This document shows positions 19,839-30,179 of a stretch of 64,000 bases of DNA, piece after piece (the stretch's first letter is position 1; each line of letters begins with the position of its first letter). The DNA comes from a virus (taxonomy: Duplodnaviria > Heunggongvirae > Uroviricota > Caudoviricetes). The position numbers were made by a program, and so were the translations under genes. The DNA lies in the IMG/VR virus record IMGVR_UViG_3300048930_000918, one strand, 5' to 3'. Below the pieces are notes generated by a model that made no database searches, had not been told where the DNA came from, and saw only the letters and a program-made list of their open reading frames with translations.

Positions 19839-20552
19839 TTAGTAAGTATTACCCATAAAACTAAAAAAAGTAGGCGAAGTTATACTATTATCTTTAACTC
19901 TAATAACACACTGTAAACCCGATACATTTGCTATTACCGTAAAAGCATTACCAGATCGTACTGTGGCTTCTGGAATACTAACTGAATTAAGTATCCTATA
20001 GTCTACAGGTCTTGTAGTTTCATTAACTAGCTCAGTTCTTTTTAACAATATTTTTCCTTCTCTAACAGTTGTTAAAAACAACCATGTGTTAGCTGGAACA
20101 GCACCCACTCTATTCGGAGATATATATGTAGTTGAAATTACAGGTCTAACATTTCCTACTTTAGAAATTGTTGAGGTAAAGTATATAGCAACATCATCCC
20201 CATAACCTAAGGTGAATTGATCGTTAATATCAGCAGAAATAGATATAGACGTTATTGTTTCAAACATATGTTCTGATGAAACTGTATTAGCATTAGGTCC
20301 TTGTAGATATTCAACTACGTTATAACCATTATTAACGCCTGTTAAAGTAAATGTTATAGCACTTAAATCCGCAGCACTAGTGATTAGTAAGCTAGAAGAA
20401 TAATTAAACTTATTAAAATTAATAACTCCGTTGTATTCTATTAAACTACCATTAGGAGTTAAGTTTAACACCCCCTCATCTGCGTTCAGAAAAGTACCTA
20501 AGCCGTCAATATCAGTACCATATAGTACTGTGTTTTTAAGCAAGATTGCCAT
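19839..20552 (-). CDS. hypothetical phage structural protein (237 aa)
   Basis: ORF track. Start overlaps the stop of the small upstream ORF (TAATG). Confidence 0.45.
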   Translation of the reverse strand: MAILLKNTVLYGTDIDGLGTFLNADEGVLNLTPNGSLIEYNGVINFNKFNYSSSLLITSAADLSAITFTLTGVNNGYNVVEYLQGPNANTVSSEHMFETITSISISADINDQFTLGYGDDVAIYFTSTISKVGNVRPVISTTYISPNRVGAVPANTWLFLTTVREGKILLKRTELVNETTRPVDYRILNSVSIPEATVRSGNAFTVIANVSGLQCVIRVKDNSITSPTFFSFMGNTY

Positions 20553-20671
20553 TATTTTTTATTAGTTTCTTTTTTAACTTTAATATCCATTTTTACACTA
20601 CCTTTTTTCGGGGCACTTTTTTTAGTGCCCTTACAAAGAATATTAGCAAGTGGTCTACTGTGTGATGCCAT
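20552..20671 (-). CDS. small Lys-rich protein (39 aa), translationally coupled
   Basis: Not in the ORF track (shorter than 60 aa). GGAGG lies 6 nt upstream of the ATG at 20671. Product is MASHSRPLANILCKGTKKSAPKKGSVKMDIKVKKETNKK. Its stop overlaps the start of the next gene (TAATG). Confidence 0.35.
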   Translation of the reverse strand: MASHSRPLANILCKGTKKSAPKKGSVKMDIKVKKETNKK

Positions 20672-20682
20672 TTGCTACCTCC

Positions 20683-21618
20683 TTACATTGATATTGCGTA
20701 TGCGCAACGCCAGTTAGTTACCCCAAAAGAGTATCTTTCCTTAGCTGCAAACCACATATCACGAGTAGCGTTATCAACCCAGCTCCATGCCTCAAGCTTA
20801 TCTCTTTCATAATGGATAAGCCCTCTTTCAGCATCAGTAACGATAGCTGAGAAAGTAGGTGAAGTAATATAGTTATTAACTGTATAACCGCCCGGTAAAT
20901 AACTATCGTTATAAATGGCGTTTATATCGCTAACACCTGAATAGTAAACTCCTCCATCACCGGCAGCGTTATTCGGAGTATTAACAGAAGTTCTATACTG
21001 GCTATTAAGTATAATACTAGCAGCAAACTGGTTAGCCGGTCCAACTACTAGAGTCTGAGGCATAGTTTGAGTTAGAATACCGCTTAATTGCTTGAATTGC
21101 TGAATTGCAACAATAGCGTTTTGTATACCTACTTCGCTAAGCGCTACGTTAGACAGGTTGGAGTTAGTACCCCCATTGTCTAGAGGGTGGTTATTAGCGA
21201 AGAAAGGCACTCCGTCACTAGTTAGAGTAACGTTTCCTAAATTGAAAACGTTAGCTGCTACCTGAGACTTGGCTGCTCTTAAAGAATTTCTAAGAGCAAT
21301 CAAGTGCTGAGGGAATTGTGATTTATAAAGGTTATCCTTCATAGCTTCATCGGTTATGGAAAAACTTAATCCATAAGTAGTATGTAGGTATGAAGTTTGG
21401 TAACGCACAGTCATAGTATCCTGAGCAACAGCTGCTCCTTCATTCTTGACTTGTGCAATTCCTAGAGACTTGAATTCATCTTCAAATTCGATTTTCTTAT
21501 CTGAAGTATAAGTCTTAAAAACTTTTTTCCATTGATCAGGGTATGTATCGTAGTTACCGATAACAGCTTTAACCCCTGGTCTAAGTAATGGATATATCGA
21601 TGCGGTATTGATTGACAT
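20683..21618 (-). CDS. candidate major capsid protein (311 aa)
   Basis: ORF track. Size and position between the scaffold-like gene and the adaptor-like gene fit a capsid protein. No diagnostic motif can be verified by eye. Confidence 0.35.
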   Translation of the reverse strand: MSINTASIYPLLRPGVKAVIGNYDTYPDQWKKVFKTYTSDKKIEFEDEFKSLGIAQVKNEGAAVAQDTMTVRYQTSYLHTTYGLSFSITDEAMKDNLYKSQFPQHLIALRNSLRAAKSQVAANVFNLGNVTLTSDGVPFFANNHPLDNGGTNSNLSNVALSEVGIQNAIVAIQQFKQLSGILTQTMPQTLVVGPANQFAASIILNSQYRTSVNTPNNAAGDGGVYYSGVSDINAIYNDSYLPGGYTVNNYITSPTFSAIVTDAERGLIHYERDKLEAWSWVDNATRDMWFAAKERYSFGVTNWRCAYAISM

Positions 21619-21648
21619 TTATTTAACCTCTTTATATTTCATTAATTA

Positions 21649-22641
21649 TTAAGCAGGAGTTACACTTGCAATACCTGGTCTAAACGCATGATTATTAATA
21701 ATCCCGTATACGTTTAAGAATGGAGTATTGAAATATGTACCGGCAACACCAGTAGCTGGTTGTCCAAAAAGTGCAGGAACGTTTTGTGGATCTTGAGTAA
21801 ATCCTAAAACTTTAAATGAAGTGGATTCATCTCTAGCATACTCGTTAGCCCCGTTAGCAACAGAAGGTCCGTCAGTTGTTCCCGCTAAAGAAGGACAAGC
21901 ATAATATGTTGAAACTCCGAGAGGATTAGATGGACCTGCTCCACCATAGTTAGCTATAAGAGGGTTATCATTATAACCAGCTACAACAGCTCCTGCTCCA
22001 TTCCATGTAGTAATAGTTGTTAAACTCCCAGATCCACCAGCACCTCCACCAACAACACTTCTTCCTGTCAATAGTGCTAAATTAGAACCAATTATTGCAC
22101 TGTTAGCTGGTTGCGGGTTAGCTGCCGCTCCTCCTGTATTAGGCCAAGTAGCATTTTGAAGCTGCATACATGGTAGTACTAAGAATCGAGTATTTACAGC
22201 TTGACTTGATCCGAACCAAGTACCTAATTGTACATCCCATATAACATTTGGATCATCAATAACATAGGCTTTAACAACAGATGTAGCAGGAGTTCCAGCT
22301 ACCCAATATTCCTGATTGTAATAAGTACCATTCACCCAGTATTCACAACCCATAAATACCCCTACTATAGGAGGGCTAGTTGTAATAACTGTAGGGTTAC
22401 CAGCAGCATTTGTTGTAACAGTTGGGTTATATCTGGTAATAGTTGATTGACCCCCTTTGTAATAATTGCCTACAACTGAATCAGCTATAGCTGGTGCAAA
22501 AATAACAGGATCACCTTTATTCAATGTTGAAGCAGTAACAATGTCTATAACATAATTACTATTTGTTCTTATATCGTCAGCTCCGCCGTTTAAATGACTA
22601 TAAGGTCTTAAACCAAAGGGAGCATTTACGCCATACGCCAT
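21649..22641 (-). CDS. phage structural protein (330 aa), Gly-rich C-terminal half
   Basis: ORF track. Alternative capsid or decoration candidate. Confidence 0.45.
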   Translation of the reverse strand: MAYGVNAPFGLRPYSHLNGGADDIRTNSNYVIDIVTASTLNKGDPVIFAPAIADSVVGNYYKGGQSTITRYNPTVTTNAAGNPTVITTSPPIVGVFMGCEYWVNGTYYNQEYWVAGTPATSVVKAYVIDDPNVIWDVQLGTWFGSSQAVNTRFLVLPCMQLQNATWPNTGGAAANPQPANSAIIGSNLALLTGRSVVGGGAGGSGSLTTITTWNGAGAVVAGYNDNPLIANYGGAGPSNPLGVSTYYACPSLAGTTDGPSVANGANEYARDESTSFKVLGFTQDPQNVPALFGQPATGVAGTYFNTPFLNVYGIINNHAFRPGIASVTPA

Positions 22642-22826
22642 AAATTTACCTTAAAATAGTTAAGTTAATTAAAAATATTCTGTGTGATTTTATCTATTTG
22701 AAAGGCCAGATATGCCCATGAAGTAATGAAACTTCCCCGACGTGATGCGGATATATTTGCTTTTTTGCAGAGATAAAAGCTAACTCAAAGCCACTAGGGC
22801 GGAATTTATTAAACGATATTATGACA

Positions 22827-22859
22827 TAAAAATTAACTAATTGTCAATTAGTTAATTTT
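22827..22859 (-). terminator. AT-rich palindromic hairpin with flanking A/T runs (possible terminator/operator)
   Basis: AAAAATTAACTAATTG-T-CAATTAGTTAATTTTT has perfect 16-bp arms. It lies directly after the stop of 22859..24001 and before a 217-bp intergenic gap. Confidence 0.35.
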
Positions 22860-24001
22860 TATATTAAAGAGTAAATCATAACAGATATTCCCTCAGGAAA
22901 ATCAGTTAACATTTCACCTGATAAGTCAGCTAATACTATATTTACATAGTCTTCCGTCTTTACAACGTCATAACCAACTCTTGTTTGCAACGGAGGTGTA
23001 CTATTATTGTTAGCACAACTTATAAATACTCCGTATTCTGTTGACCCCATAGGCGTAGTAAAATTAATCGTATATTGAAAACTTAATGCATCATAAGTTA
23101 CACTATCTACATTATAATTACTTGTTACAACCAATGTACCTGATGTATTTGTAAAGCGACACCATGCCTTAGATATATTAGGACCTATGAAAGCAGTAGT
23201 AGCACTTAAACTAGCTATATTACTGATGTTACCGCTTGTATCTATTTTAACGCCGTTTAATATTAAATATGAAGTACCTGTTGTATTAACATTCATATCA
23301 GTATTATTAGATGTATTACTAATTTCATTACCGCTAATAGCAATATTACCGGCTGTTACCTGATCAATTTCAATAGTATTATTTAAGTTAATAACAATAG
23401 GATCACCAAAACTACTTCCATCACTATTTGTTACAGTGATATTGCCATCACCGGCAAGCAATGTTATGTACCAAGGATCAGCTTCATTATTGTTTATAAC
23501 AACCAACCCTTGAGTTAATGATCCTAGTGTATTAATTTTGTTTATTAATGTCGGGACATCTATACTTACTGTGCCGTTAGGATTAACCACAGTACCATTA
23601 GTAATATTAATACTCTCATCAGGGCTATCAATAGTAAAAGTACTAATAGCCGGTACTCCGTTACCAAGTGGCAATATTAACCATACACCATTAGCAGTTG
23701 TGCTATCAGTAAGAGTTATCGCAAGACTTGCACCGACAGCTAAATTAACCAGTAGTGTTGCTCCATCGTTTAGCATGATACTAACATCATTAGCCCCGAT
23801 ATTACTAAACGCTATTGAAAACCCCGGTCCTGTCTCAGTAGCGTCAGGTAATATTAACGATAACGCTGCCACATTAGCATTTATGCCCATAAGGTCTTGA
23901 ACGGTAGTCTTAGATACATCCGAAGAATACGGATAATCAAGATATACATCTTCATTCATTATTAATTGTGCATAACTGCCGTTTGGTGGGTAATACGCCA
24001 T
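22859..24001 (-). CDS. phage structural protein (380 aa), beta-rich repetitive
   Basis: ORF track. Many short N/T/G/I-rich repeats suggestive of a beta-helix decoration or fibre-like fold. Confidence 0.5.
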   Translation of the reverse strand: MAYYPPNGSYAQLIMNEDVYLDYPYSSDVSKTTVQDLMGINANVAALSLILPDATETGPGFSIAFSNIGANDVSIMLNDGATLLVNLAVGASLAITLTDSTTANGVWLILPLGNGVPAISTFTIDSPDESINITNGTVVNPNGTVSIDVPTLINKINTLGSLTQGLVVINNNEADPWYITLLAGDGNITVTNSDGSSFGDPIVINLNNTIEIDQVTAGNIAISGNEISNTSNNTDMNVNTTGTSYLILNGVKIDTSGNISNIASLSATTAFIGPNISKAWCRFTNTSGTLVVTSNYNVDSVTYDALSFQYTINFTTPMGSTEYGVFISCANNNSTPPLQTRVGYDVVKTEDYVNIVLADLSGEMLTDFPEGISVMIYSLI

Positions 24002-24002
24002 C

Positions 24003-24446
24003 TTAATTTCTCACTGTTCCTATTGAATGACTTTTAACATTTTCATTTTTAAAGTTATAAGCCGGTGAAGTAACAACTCTTTCATGAGACAAGTTGATTC
24101 TTCCTTCTTTTTCAGCTTCGCCGATTGCCAGTTCTCTCTCAAGTAAAATAACATCACCTTGGCATATATATTTACGTGATAAAGGGTTACGATCCAGAAT
24201 ATCACAAAATCTTTCAGGGTCTCTATCAATAGGTACTGGTCTCCAACCTCTACGAAGACTTGCATCCAGCGCGGAATCATTTTGACCCCTTATACTATGT
24301 CTTTCCCAAAAATATTCAAATCCCGGCTTCTTTATATGATCAGGCACATCAGTTGAACTAACATAATCCATGTTATATTTAACACGATTAGGTTCTTTAT
24401 CAAGCTTTCTGCTCTCTAAACCTCTTGATTGTCTCTCGCTACTCAT
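24003..24446 (-). CDS. hypothetical phage protein (147 aa)
   Basis: ORF track. Shares the boundary at 24446 with the upstream gene. Confidence 0.45.
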   Translation of the reverse strand: MSSERQSRGLESRKLDKEPNRVKYNMDYVSSTDVPDHIKKPGFEYFWERHSIRGQNDSALDASLRRGWRPVPIDRDPERFCDILDRNPLSRKYICQGDVILLERELAIGEAEKEGRINLSHERVVTSPAYNFKNENVKSHSIGTVRN

Positions 24447-25486
24447 TATTTACCTCTTCTTGATTCTTTAATATCTTCTATTTTAGCTTTAAGATAATCT
24501 TTCTCGCTAATACCTAAATTCTTTGCATAATCCTTTTCCCATGAGTCAAGTTTAACCTGAATCGTACTAGTATTACCACCACTGGAAGAAAAATTATTAC
24601 GCACACTACCAACACTTGAGGTCTTATAACCTGACTTAGGCTTTTCTACCTTGATCGTATCAATAAACTCATCAAGAACATCAAGGTAATCTTCGCTTAA
24701 AATATCTTCAGCTCTACCTTGGCGTCTTAATTCCCCGTCAAACTCCTCTATAAAAGTTGCAACAGCTTTCTGAATACGAGGATTATACTTATTTGAACCT
24801 TCGATAAGTTCAGGTCTATTATTTAACCATTCCTTGGCATTATCTAGTACCTCATCATCAATTTTTTCAACTCTCTCAGGTATATTCCTAATTTCTTCCT
24901 GCTCTGTTTCTTCTACGTTATCTATTCTACCATTACGAGCTTCAAATTCATTAAGCTTCATTAAGGCTTTATAGTATAAATCATCAGCTTCAATAAGTAG
25001 GTCAGGATCTTCACCAAGTAAAGCCTGTTTTCTAAGCCCTTTTATTTTCTCAAGATCGCTAATTAGATTATTTTTATATAACTCAGCATTAGAACTAATA
25101 GTATTTTGTAAATATTTTCTTAGTTCTTCATTCTCCTGTTCTAATTTCTGACGATCAGCGTAAACACCTTTGCGTTTTTGCTTTTCCTTGTAGTATTTCT
25201 CTCTAAAAAGATCAAGTTCGCTAGGTTCTTCCTCTTTTTCTTCTCCCTTAAGTTCATTTTTAGCCTCTTTTTTCTCTTCTACCACCTCATCATCAGCAAT
25301 ATTAGCCTGCTCAAGGTCTTCCAAGTTCTCAAGTCCATCAACTCTTGGGTCAACATAATCTTTTTTTTCTATATCTTTCCCGAAAATACCTGCTTCCTGT
25401 TCTTCCTGAAGATTTTTATCAATCTCAGCTAAAACAGCAGCAGTATCGTCGTTAGGATCAATGCCGTAGGTTGTATTATCTTTCAT
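24446..25486 (-). CDS. scaffold-like acidic coiled-coil protein (346 aa)
   Basis: ORF track. Highly charged and helical (EEKKEAKNELKGEEKEEEPSELD). Located between the portal and capsid candidates. Confidence 0.45.
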   Translation of the reverse strand: MKDNTTYGIDPNDDTAAVLAEIDKNLQEEQEAGIFGKDIEKKDYVDPRVDGLENLEDLEQANIADDEVVEEKKEAKNELKGEEKEEEPSELDLFREKYYKEKQKRKGVYADRQKLEQENEELRKYLQNTISSNAELYKNNLISDLEKIKGLRKQALLGEDPDLLIEADDLYYKALMKLNEFEARNGRIDNVEETEQEEIRNIPERVEKIDDEVLDNAKEWLNNRPELIEGSNKYNPRIQKAVATFIEEFDGELRRQGRAEDILSEDYLDVLDEFIDTIKVEKPKSGYKTSSVGSVRNNFSSSGGNTSTIQVKLDSWEKDYAKNLGISEKDYLKAKIEDIKESRRGK

Positions 25487-25496
25487 TTGCTACCTA

Positions 25497-25904
25497 TTAT
25501 TTCACATATCTTGGGTCTGGAACGATCATCATCGGCGCATCATCAACAATTGAAAACACAGGTAACTTCTTATAAGTATACCTAATACCTGCATGTCTTG
25601 GAAAAGCTACCCAATCACCTACTTTATACCAATGTCCCCAGTCTTTATAACGCTCACCGCTAAAACCACATTTACCAATCTTTGCAACATAACCGACTAT
25701 CTCATGGAAAATATCCTTGGTGTTATCAAGAATTATCCCGCCTTTTGTTTTTTTAGGTTGAATGTATAATCTGATTAAAATATCTGTAGGTTTAATAGTA
25801 CAATCTTCAAATAACTTCAGCTCTTCCTGAATGTCAAAACTATCTAAATCAATACCTATCTCATCGTTATCTGAAAAATCTGATTGCATAAAAATATTAC
25901 TCAT
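25497..25904 (-). CDS. GroES-like co-chaperonin fold protein (135 aa)
   Basis: ORF track. The segment IKPTDILIRLYIQPKKTKGGIILD...VGDWVAF...IVDDAPMMIV matches the GroES pattern I-x-P-x-D-R-V-L-V-K/TKxGGI-L/VxVGDxVxF/DILAIV. Has an acidic N-terminal extension. Confidence 0.45.
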   Translation of the reverse strand: MSNIFMQSDFSDNDEIGIDLDSFDIQEELKLFEDCTIKPTDILIRLYIQPKKTKGGIILDNTKDIFHEIVGYVAKIGKCGFSGERYKDWGHWYKVGDWVAFPRHAGIRYTYKKLPVFSIVDDAPMMIVPDPRYVK

Positions 25905-26094
25905 TTATTCCGTCCTCCCTGCTTACTAGTTTTATATAATCCTCAAGTTTTGTTAGTGCATATCTAATACCAAGATTAAACTTGTAATCCTCCATTGTCT
26001 GTATACCACCGCTAACAATACGATTCTCAATACTTTCTAAAGTATCCTTAATGTTTTTATTAATCTCTGTTAATATATATTCATGGTCTTTCAT
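25897..26094 (-). CDS. hypothetical small protein (65 aa)
   Basis: ORF track. Overlaps the downstream gene by 8 nt. Confidence 0.4.
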   Translation of the reverse strand: MKDHEYILTEINKNIKDTLESIENRIVSGGIQTMEDYKFNLGIRYALTKLEDYIKLVSREDGINE

Positions 26095-26099
26095 TATTT

Positions 26100-28472
26100 T
26101 TATCCTCCAAATTTGCTTCTTAATTTTTCCATTTCAATTTTAGCCTCAAGCAGTGCTTTCTCTTTCTCAAGTTTAAGTTTCTGCTTGGTCTCTTCAAAGT
26201 GCAACTGTGCTTTAAAGCTATCTGCTTCTAACTGATCATCTGCAATTTGTTTTCTAATTAAGCTTTCCTCTCTCTTCTGTTCAATTTCAGCTTTAATTAA
26301 CTCATTAGGGTCAAGTTGTTTATCCTCATCAACATTATTACCAAGCCCAAGAGCTGTTATTGCTTCAGCAGCTCTTAGTGCTAACATGTCTTGGGCTTCT
26401 TTGTCATTAGGATCAACCTGACTTAAATCTATACCCATTTCATTTTGCATCTGGAGCATGAACTTAAGTGCCATATGCTCCTGTATATGTGCGGCCGACG
26501 CTTCATTATCAACACCAGAGTGCACAACAATATGAGCATCATGATTCTGCTCGATACCTGCTCTTACGGGTTTACCCTGCATCAAGTCCATATTCTCGGT
26601 TATAGGATCACGAGGCTCAACTTCCTGTTGCTCACCCTGCGCAAGTAAACTTTCTATCTCATCCTGAGGTAATCCTTGCGCCTTGAATATCATTTTAATA
26701 GCTTCAACAGCGTTTACCTTATCAGGTAACTGCATCGCTGTTTGAAATACTGCCTCCGCTTTCATCACCCGTTCAATAGTAGAGTTAATAGAAGGGTCCG
26801 ATACCGGTACTAACTGAACGGAATCAACATAATGATCTCTTGTGATAATATATTCCTCGCCGTTAACAAAAAACTCTTCACGATCTATTACCTCCTTGAA
26901 TATCTCATCAAGAAGTCTTAGCTCCTGAGAAAATGAATTATGAATGGATTTTTGAACTTTAGACTGTATCTTGTTCTTCTCTTGCAGAAACGCAATAGCC
27001 GTACCTGTCGGGATATCTTCTCTTGAGTCCATCATCCCAAGTTCACTAGTAGATAACTGATCTTGCATCTGACCTATTATCTCCTGTCTTAGCTGCATCA
27101 AAGCCTGAGACGGCCCGTTCGCAGGAAGAGGTGCAAACATCTGTCTTATATCTCCTGCGCTATCTAGAAACCTCCATTGACCCGCACCAAGAGTTATATC
27201 AGTTATCTGCTGCTTGCTTGTTCCTTTCTGAATAAAACCAGCTGGTAAATTCTGATAGGTCGCTGCATCAATAGTCTGTCTTAACATGTTGGTAACTGTT
27301 ATCGCTCCGTTACCTGCCATTCTGGCCAATCCTTGGCCCCATATATCAAACCCAGTGTAATACTGGTATGCAACGAAAAACTTACGTCTCTTAAACTCTT
27401 TATCGTTTTCTTTCCAGTTACGCTCTATCCTTAGTATCTCTCTGCTTTCCTTATCTATGGTAACTATATAAGGTTTGGCCACCTCTGTTATTTCATCGGA
27501 ATTATAGGTATCATCAAACGTCTCAAGGTTTAAATAGATATGAGACTCATAAACATCATGGAGTGAACGCTGTGTATAAACATCAAGATCAATAACGCTG
27601 TTGGATGTTTTGGTTTCTTCCTCACTATCGTTATAGCTGTTATCGTTCTCATTTGCTCCAACCTTTAAATAAGGTAGTTCAACATCACGGTATATTTTGT
27701 TCTTCTGATTAAGTAATACTTCACGAGCAGATAGCTTTAAAATATGTGTTAGTCTATCTGAGTCGAGAATCGAACTACAATCTATATTGACAAGGAAGTT
27801 CTCAGGTAAGATAAACCTTGATAAAGGCATTTTAAGAATATTATCGTAATAAACCTTACGAATGATTGTGCCGTAAAAACCCAAGTAATATATAAACTTC
27901 TCATAGTCCTTATAATATTCTGAGTCCTTAACTGTTAGATAATAATTAAGCCACTGACTCCTTACTTTAGATATATATTCTAACTCTTCCGTTTCCTGTC
28001 CGAATATTTTAAACCCAGCTGGCCCACTTTCAGGTAACATTTCAGCTACAGTCGTTGCGCAGAAACGAATCACAGCTGTCGACAATGTGCTATCAACAGT
28101 ACGACAAGCTTGTGAGAAAGGTATACTGGTTAAATCTTCACCATCGTAACCAGTATATTTTTTAAGCTTATTATGAAGATCTAGCCAAGGTTGTCTTGCT
28201 TCTATATCCTCATCAATGGCTTCAAGTACAAACTCAGCAAGCTTCTTAAGCGTGCCGTCTTTCATATTAACGGCAAGGTTTGAATGAAACTTACTGTCCT
28301 TTGGTTTATCTTGATCAGGGTCGCCTATTTCATAAACACTTGATCCGTCTTCAAGATCGTTAACTTTATTAATAACATCCAAGTTAACATTGGGATCAAT
28401 TGCTGCTAGTTCGTTATCAAGAGTTGATTGCCTGCTAGTTCTGTTAAGCCGTAGCCTTTCTTTATTTTTCAT
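26100..28472 (-). CDS. portal protein candidate (790 aa) with C-terminal coiled-coil
   Basis: ORF track. Large protein immediately downstream of TerL. Long C-terminal helical/coiled-coil tail, as in P22-type portals. Confidence 0.6.
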   Translation of the reverse strand: MKNKERLRLNRTSRQSTLDNELAAIDPNVNLDVINKVNDLEDGSSVYEIGDPDQDKPKDSKFHSNLAVNMKDGTLKKLAEFVLEAIDEDIEARQPWLDLHNKLKKYTGYDGEDLTSIPFSQACRTVDSTLSTAVIRFCATTVAEMLPESGPAGFKIFGQETEELEYISKVRSQWLNYYLTVKDSEYYKDYEKFIYYLGFYGTIIRKVYYDNILKMPLSRFILPENFLVNIDCSSILDSDRLTHILKLSAREVLLNQKNKIYRDVELPYLKVGANENDNSYNDSEEETKTSNSVIDLDVYTQRSLHDVYESHIYLNLETFDDTYNSDEITEVAKPYIVTIDKESREILRIERNWKENDKEFKRRKFFVAYQYYTGFDIWGQGLARMAGNGAITVTNMLRQTIDAATYQNLPAGFIQKGTSKQQITDITLGAGQWRFLDSAGDIRQMFAPLPANGPSQALMQLRQEIIGQMQDQLSTSELGMMDSREDIPTGTAIAFLQEKNKIQSKVQKSIHNSFSQELRLLDEIFKEVIDREEFFVNGEEYIITRDHYVDSVQLVPVSDPSINSTIERVMKAEAVFQTAMQLPDKVNAVEAIKMIFKAQGLPQDEIESLLAQGEQQEVEPRDPITENMDLMQGKPVRAGIEQNHDAHIVVHSGVDNEASAAHIQEHMALKFMLQMQNEMGIDLSQVDPNDKEAQDMLALRAAEAITALGLGNNVDEDKQLDPNELIKAEIEQKREESLIRKQIADDQLEADSFKAQLHFEETKQKLKLEKEKALLEAKIEMEKLRSKFGG

Positions 28473-28614
28473 TAATTGACAACAAAAATATTAATGGTTA
28501 TTATATCTCTGTTGTCTTTTAGTTTTATTGTTTTCCTAAAAACAACTTTTCAATTACTTGCTCATTTTTCCCCTTAATATTGTTGTTAGTCCTCCAATGT
28601 TAAGGGGTTTTCTT

Positions 28615-30159
28615 TTATCTATACCATGCTTGTGTTTCTTCTCCTATATCATCAGGCTCATAATAGTCTTTAGGATTCTTAATACTGCTACCGTCTCTAA
28701 GTACTATCAATGCTTGTGTTAACGTGTCAGTATAGTCCAAACTCCTTGGATTTGGAAAGTAACTGACTTCGTTAACAAATTCATCTGCAAAGTCTTCCAT
28801 CCTATCAGGATTATTAACTTGGGCTGGCATCCATACAACACCAGCTTCAATAAGAGGAGTTATCAACCTAACACGCTGGGTTTTATCACCATGCTTGTTA
28901 GGGATGAATGGAAAACCATTAACCCCAGCCCTTCTTAAATCCTGCAACAACGGCTCACCAGACGCCTTTGCTTCTATTACAATCTTATCTGGCTTCTTAT
29001 ATATTAATCTTTTATTAACTACTTCGCCGACATCCATATAATTATCAGCAAGCCTTTTAATCCTTTCCCTTAGTTCTGGATATTCAAGCCTGCCACGCCA
29101 GCAGGATAATAATATCACATTTGTATTATCGTATCCATCTTGAAATAATCCCCACGTGCTACAAGCAGAGTAAGCACTATCATCATTAGCAGTAAGGGCA
29201 GTATCCCAGCTTTGAATTACATAATCTATTTGAGGTAATCCCCACTTGAATAGCTTAAACCAATGCTTCTTAATAATACCCCCCTCAAGCGGTGCTGGTC
29301 TTTGTTGGTAAAGAGCAGCGTATCCATAAGAGCCTAGTTCTTTCTTAAGCTTCTTAACATCATCAAGCGTTAATCTTTTAGTAAGTAATTCACCATCCTT
29401 TGTTCGTTTATCTTCCCAAGGTTTCCCACGTGTCCAGTACAAGGGAACAGTGGGACGTTTGCTCTCTGGCTCATATTCTAAAGGTAGTATCAGCTTGACC
29501 CATTCATTATTAATGTCGTTAGCAATTACGCAGCCAGATACATCTTTCTCATCACCTCTTTGCTGTACAAGTACTCGCCTATCATTAGGCAAATCGTTAA
29601 GCCTGTTATACCACTTCATCGACCACCAGTTGTTAATACTATCTCTTACAACCTCTGATTCACCTCCTACTACGTTTGGATCATCTGTGAGTTGAATAGA
29701 ACCCCCTTTGCCGATAACAGATGAGCCGACAGAAGTTGATATACGATAACCTAGTTTGTCATTAGCAAAATAACTCTTTGAGTTCTGATCATCTCTTATC
29801 TTGAACAGATTCCCCCAGTTCTCCTGATACCAGTTACTTTGTATTAGAAGTCTGCTCTTATCCGCAATGTCTAATGATAAAGAGTTGGTACATGATGCGC
29901 TTATTATCTTCTCTGTTGGGTCTTTAATCCAAACCCATGCAGGGAACGCAATGCTTATTAAATTTGTTTTACCAAGACGAGGAGGTATGTTTATTAATAA
30001 ATTCTTAATCTCTCTCTTATACACAAGCTCCAGGTGCTCAGCTATAACCTCCAAAAACCATTCATCTACAAACTTGCTATGCCCTTCAATAATTGGCCAT
30101 GCTTGTATGAAGAATGAATATAAACTCTGCTCTGCTCTTTCCTTAAGTGTGAAGATCAT
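28615..30159 (-). CDS. terminase large subunit (514 aa)
   Basis: ORF track. Walker A-like PPRLGKT. C-terminal RNaseH-like nuclease signature (IQSWDTALTANDDSAYSACSTWG). Confidence 0.85.
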   Translation of the reverse strand: MIFTLKERAEQSLYSFFIQAWPIIEGHSKFVDEWFLEVIAEHLELVYKREIKNLLINIPPRLGKTNLISIAFPAWVWIKDPTEKIISASCTNSLSLDIADKSRLLIQSNWYQENWGNLFKIRDDQNSKSYFANDKLGYRISTSVGSSVIGKGGSIQLTDDPNVVGGESEVVRDSINNWWSMKWYNRLNDLPNDRRVLVQQRGDEKDVSGCVIANDINNEWVKLILPLEYEPESKRPTVPLYWTRGKPWEDKRTKDGELLTKRLTLDDVKKLKKELGSYGYAALYQQRPAPLEGGIIKKHWFKLFKWGLPQIDYVIQSWDTALTANDDSAYSACSTWGLFQDGYDNTNVILLSCWRGRLEYPELRERIKRLADNYMDVGEVVNKRLIYKKPDKIVIEAKASGEPLLQDLRRAGVNGFPFIPNKHGDKTQRVRLITPLIEAGVVWMPAQVNNPDRMEDFADEFVNEVSYFPNPRSLDYTDTLTQALIVLRDGSSIKNPKDYYEPDDIGEETQAWYR

Positions 30160-30179
30160 ATAGTTACAGTTAATATATA

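Noticed and set aside
23538-24285. ORFs 23538..23900 (+), 24020..24280 (-) and 24094..24285 (+)
   Set aside because: Embedded in or antisense to structural genes 22859..24001 and 24003..24446 in alternative frames.
29450-30163. ORFs 29450..29695 (+) and 29867..30163 (+)
   Set aside because: Antisense within the well-supported TerL gene.
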